Below are positions 63,357 to 64,000 of a DNA stretch of 64,000 nt, piece by piece; the stretch's first letter is position 1; each line of letters opens with the position of its first letter. Below the pieces are notes generated by a model. That model saw only the letters and a list, made by a program, of their open reading frames with translations, did no database searches and was not told the DNA's origin. Source of the DNA: a virus; the IMG/VR virus record IMGVR_UViG_3300010885_033832, positions 31,417-95,416 of that record; one strand, written 5' to 3'. A program made the position numbers and the translations under genes.

Positions 63357-64000
63357 GTGGGCATCCTCGGAACCGGAATCCAAGATGGACTCCTCCTCAA
63401 ACCCGTTCGATACCAGTGGGCGATGGACCTGTACAACCAGGCCGTTGCGAACACATGGTTCCCCAATGAAATCCAGCTCGGTGAAGATATCGCCGACTTC
63501 AAGAAGATGACGGACGAAGAACAGCAAGCAATCACGTTCCTCATGTCGTTCTTCAACCCCTCGGAACTGATCGTCAACAAGGCACTTGCCTTTGGCGTCT
63601 ACCCGTACCTCAACGCTGCGGAGGCGCACTTGTATCTCGCCAAGCAGATGTGGGAAGAAGCAAACCACTGCATGTCGTTCGAGTACATCCTCGAGACGTT
63701 CCCCGTAGATCGTGAAAAAATCTACGCTCAGCACGTTGATCACCCGGCAATCGCTGCCAAGGAAGAGTTTGAGGTCAAGTTCATCAAGCGAATGGCCGAG
63801 CGCAGCCTCGACATCACCACCACCGAGGGCAAGCAGGACTTCGTTCGCAACCTCGTTGCGTACTCGGTCATCATGGAAGGTATCTGGTTCTACACCGGGT
63901 TCATGGTCGCCTTGTCGTTCCGCCAGCGCAACCTGCTCCGCAACTTCGGTTCGCTCGTTGACTGGATTGTTCGTGACGAGTCGCTCCACCTCAAGTTCGG
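63357..64000 (+). CDS. nrdB: RNR beta subunit, class Ic (R2c) type; partial
   Basis: WFPNEI...FFNPSELIVN...EEANHCMSF...MEGIWFYTGF...RDESLH. Confidence 0.93.
   Translation, partial: MGILGTGIQDGLLLKPVRYQWAMDLYNQAVANTWFPNEIQLGEDIADFKKMTDEEQQAITFLMSFFNPSELIVNKALAFGVYPYLNAAEAHLYLAKQMWEEANHCMSFEYILETFPVDREKIYAQHVDHPAIAAKEEFEVKFIKRMAERSLDITTTEGKQDFVRNLVAYSVIMEGIWFYTGFMVALSFRQRNLLRNFGSLVDWIVRDESLHLKF

Noticed and set aside
63327-63989. 220-aa minus-strand ORF
   Set aside because: Antisense shadow of nrdB
1-64000. tRNA/rRNA genes, integrase, reverse transcriptase, stop-codon recoding
   Set aside because: No cloverleaf/T-loop or catalytic motifs noticed by eye, and genes read normally in code 11; tRNAscan was not run

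Overview
This 64 kb window looks like part of a large lytic phage of Actinobacteria. The Microbacteriaceae-type SSB, NrdA/NrdB and WhiB point to a probable Microbacteriaceae host (inference). From left to right: (1) a giant minus-strand ORF of more than 4,400 codons that runs off the left edge and is missing from the ORF track, with an embedded UvrD-type SF1 helicase; (2) head and packaging genes (zincin-domain virion protein, portal, VWA plus MoxR AAA pair, terminase large subunit, thioredoxin) around a compositionally odd non-coding gap; (3) a ~19 kb array (26-45 kb) of about 35 co-oriented expression cassettes, each built as promoter, 5' hairpin, GAAAGGA SD, 1-2 small genes and terminator, carrying host-takeover-type cargo (2 SSB, DprA, DUF2958, YubB/DUF1281, GP88, ClgR-like HTH, acidic microproteins) and one gene-less cassette that appears to encode an sRNA antisense to the conserved leader loop; (4) cell-wall hydrolases, a likely small terminase, a candidate origin and WhiB; (5) a class Ic ribonucleotide reductase operon with a Gln-terminated intein, where the C-terminal CxxC redox tail of NrdA appears to be encoded as a separate 28-aa gene. 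I saw no tRNA, rRNA, CRISPR array or integrase. All family assignments come from motif recognition by eye, not database searches.
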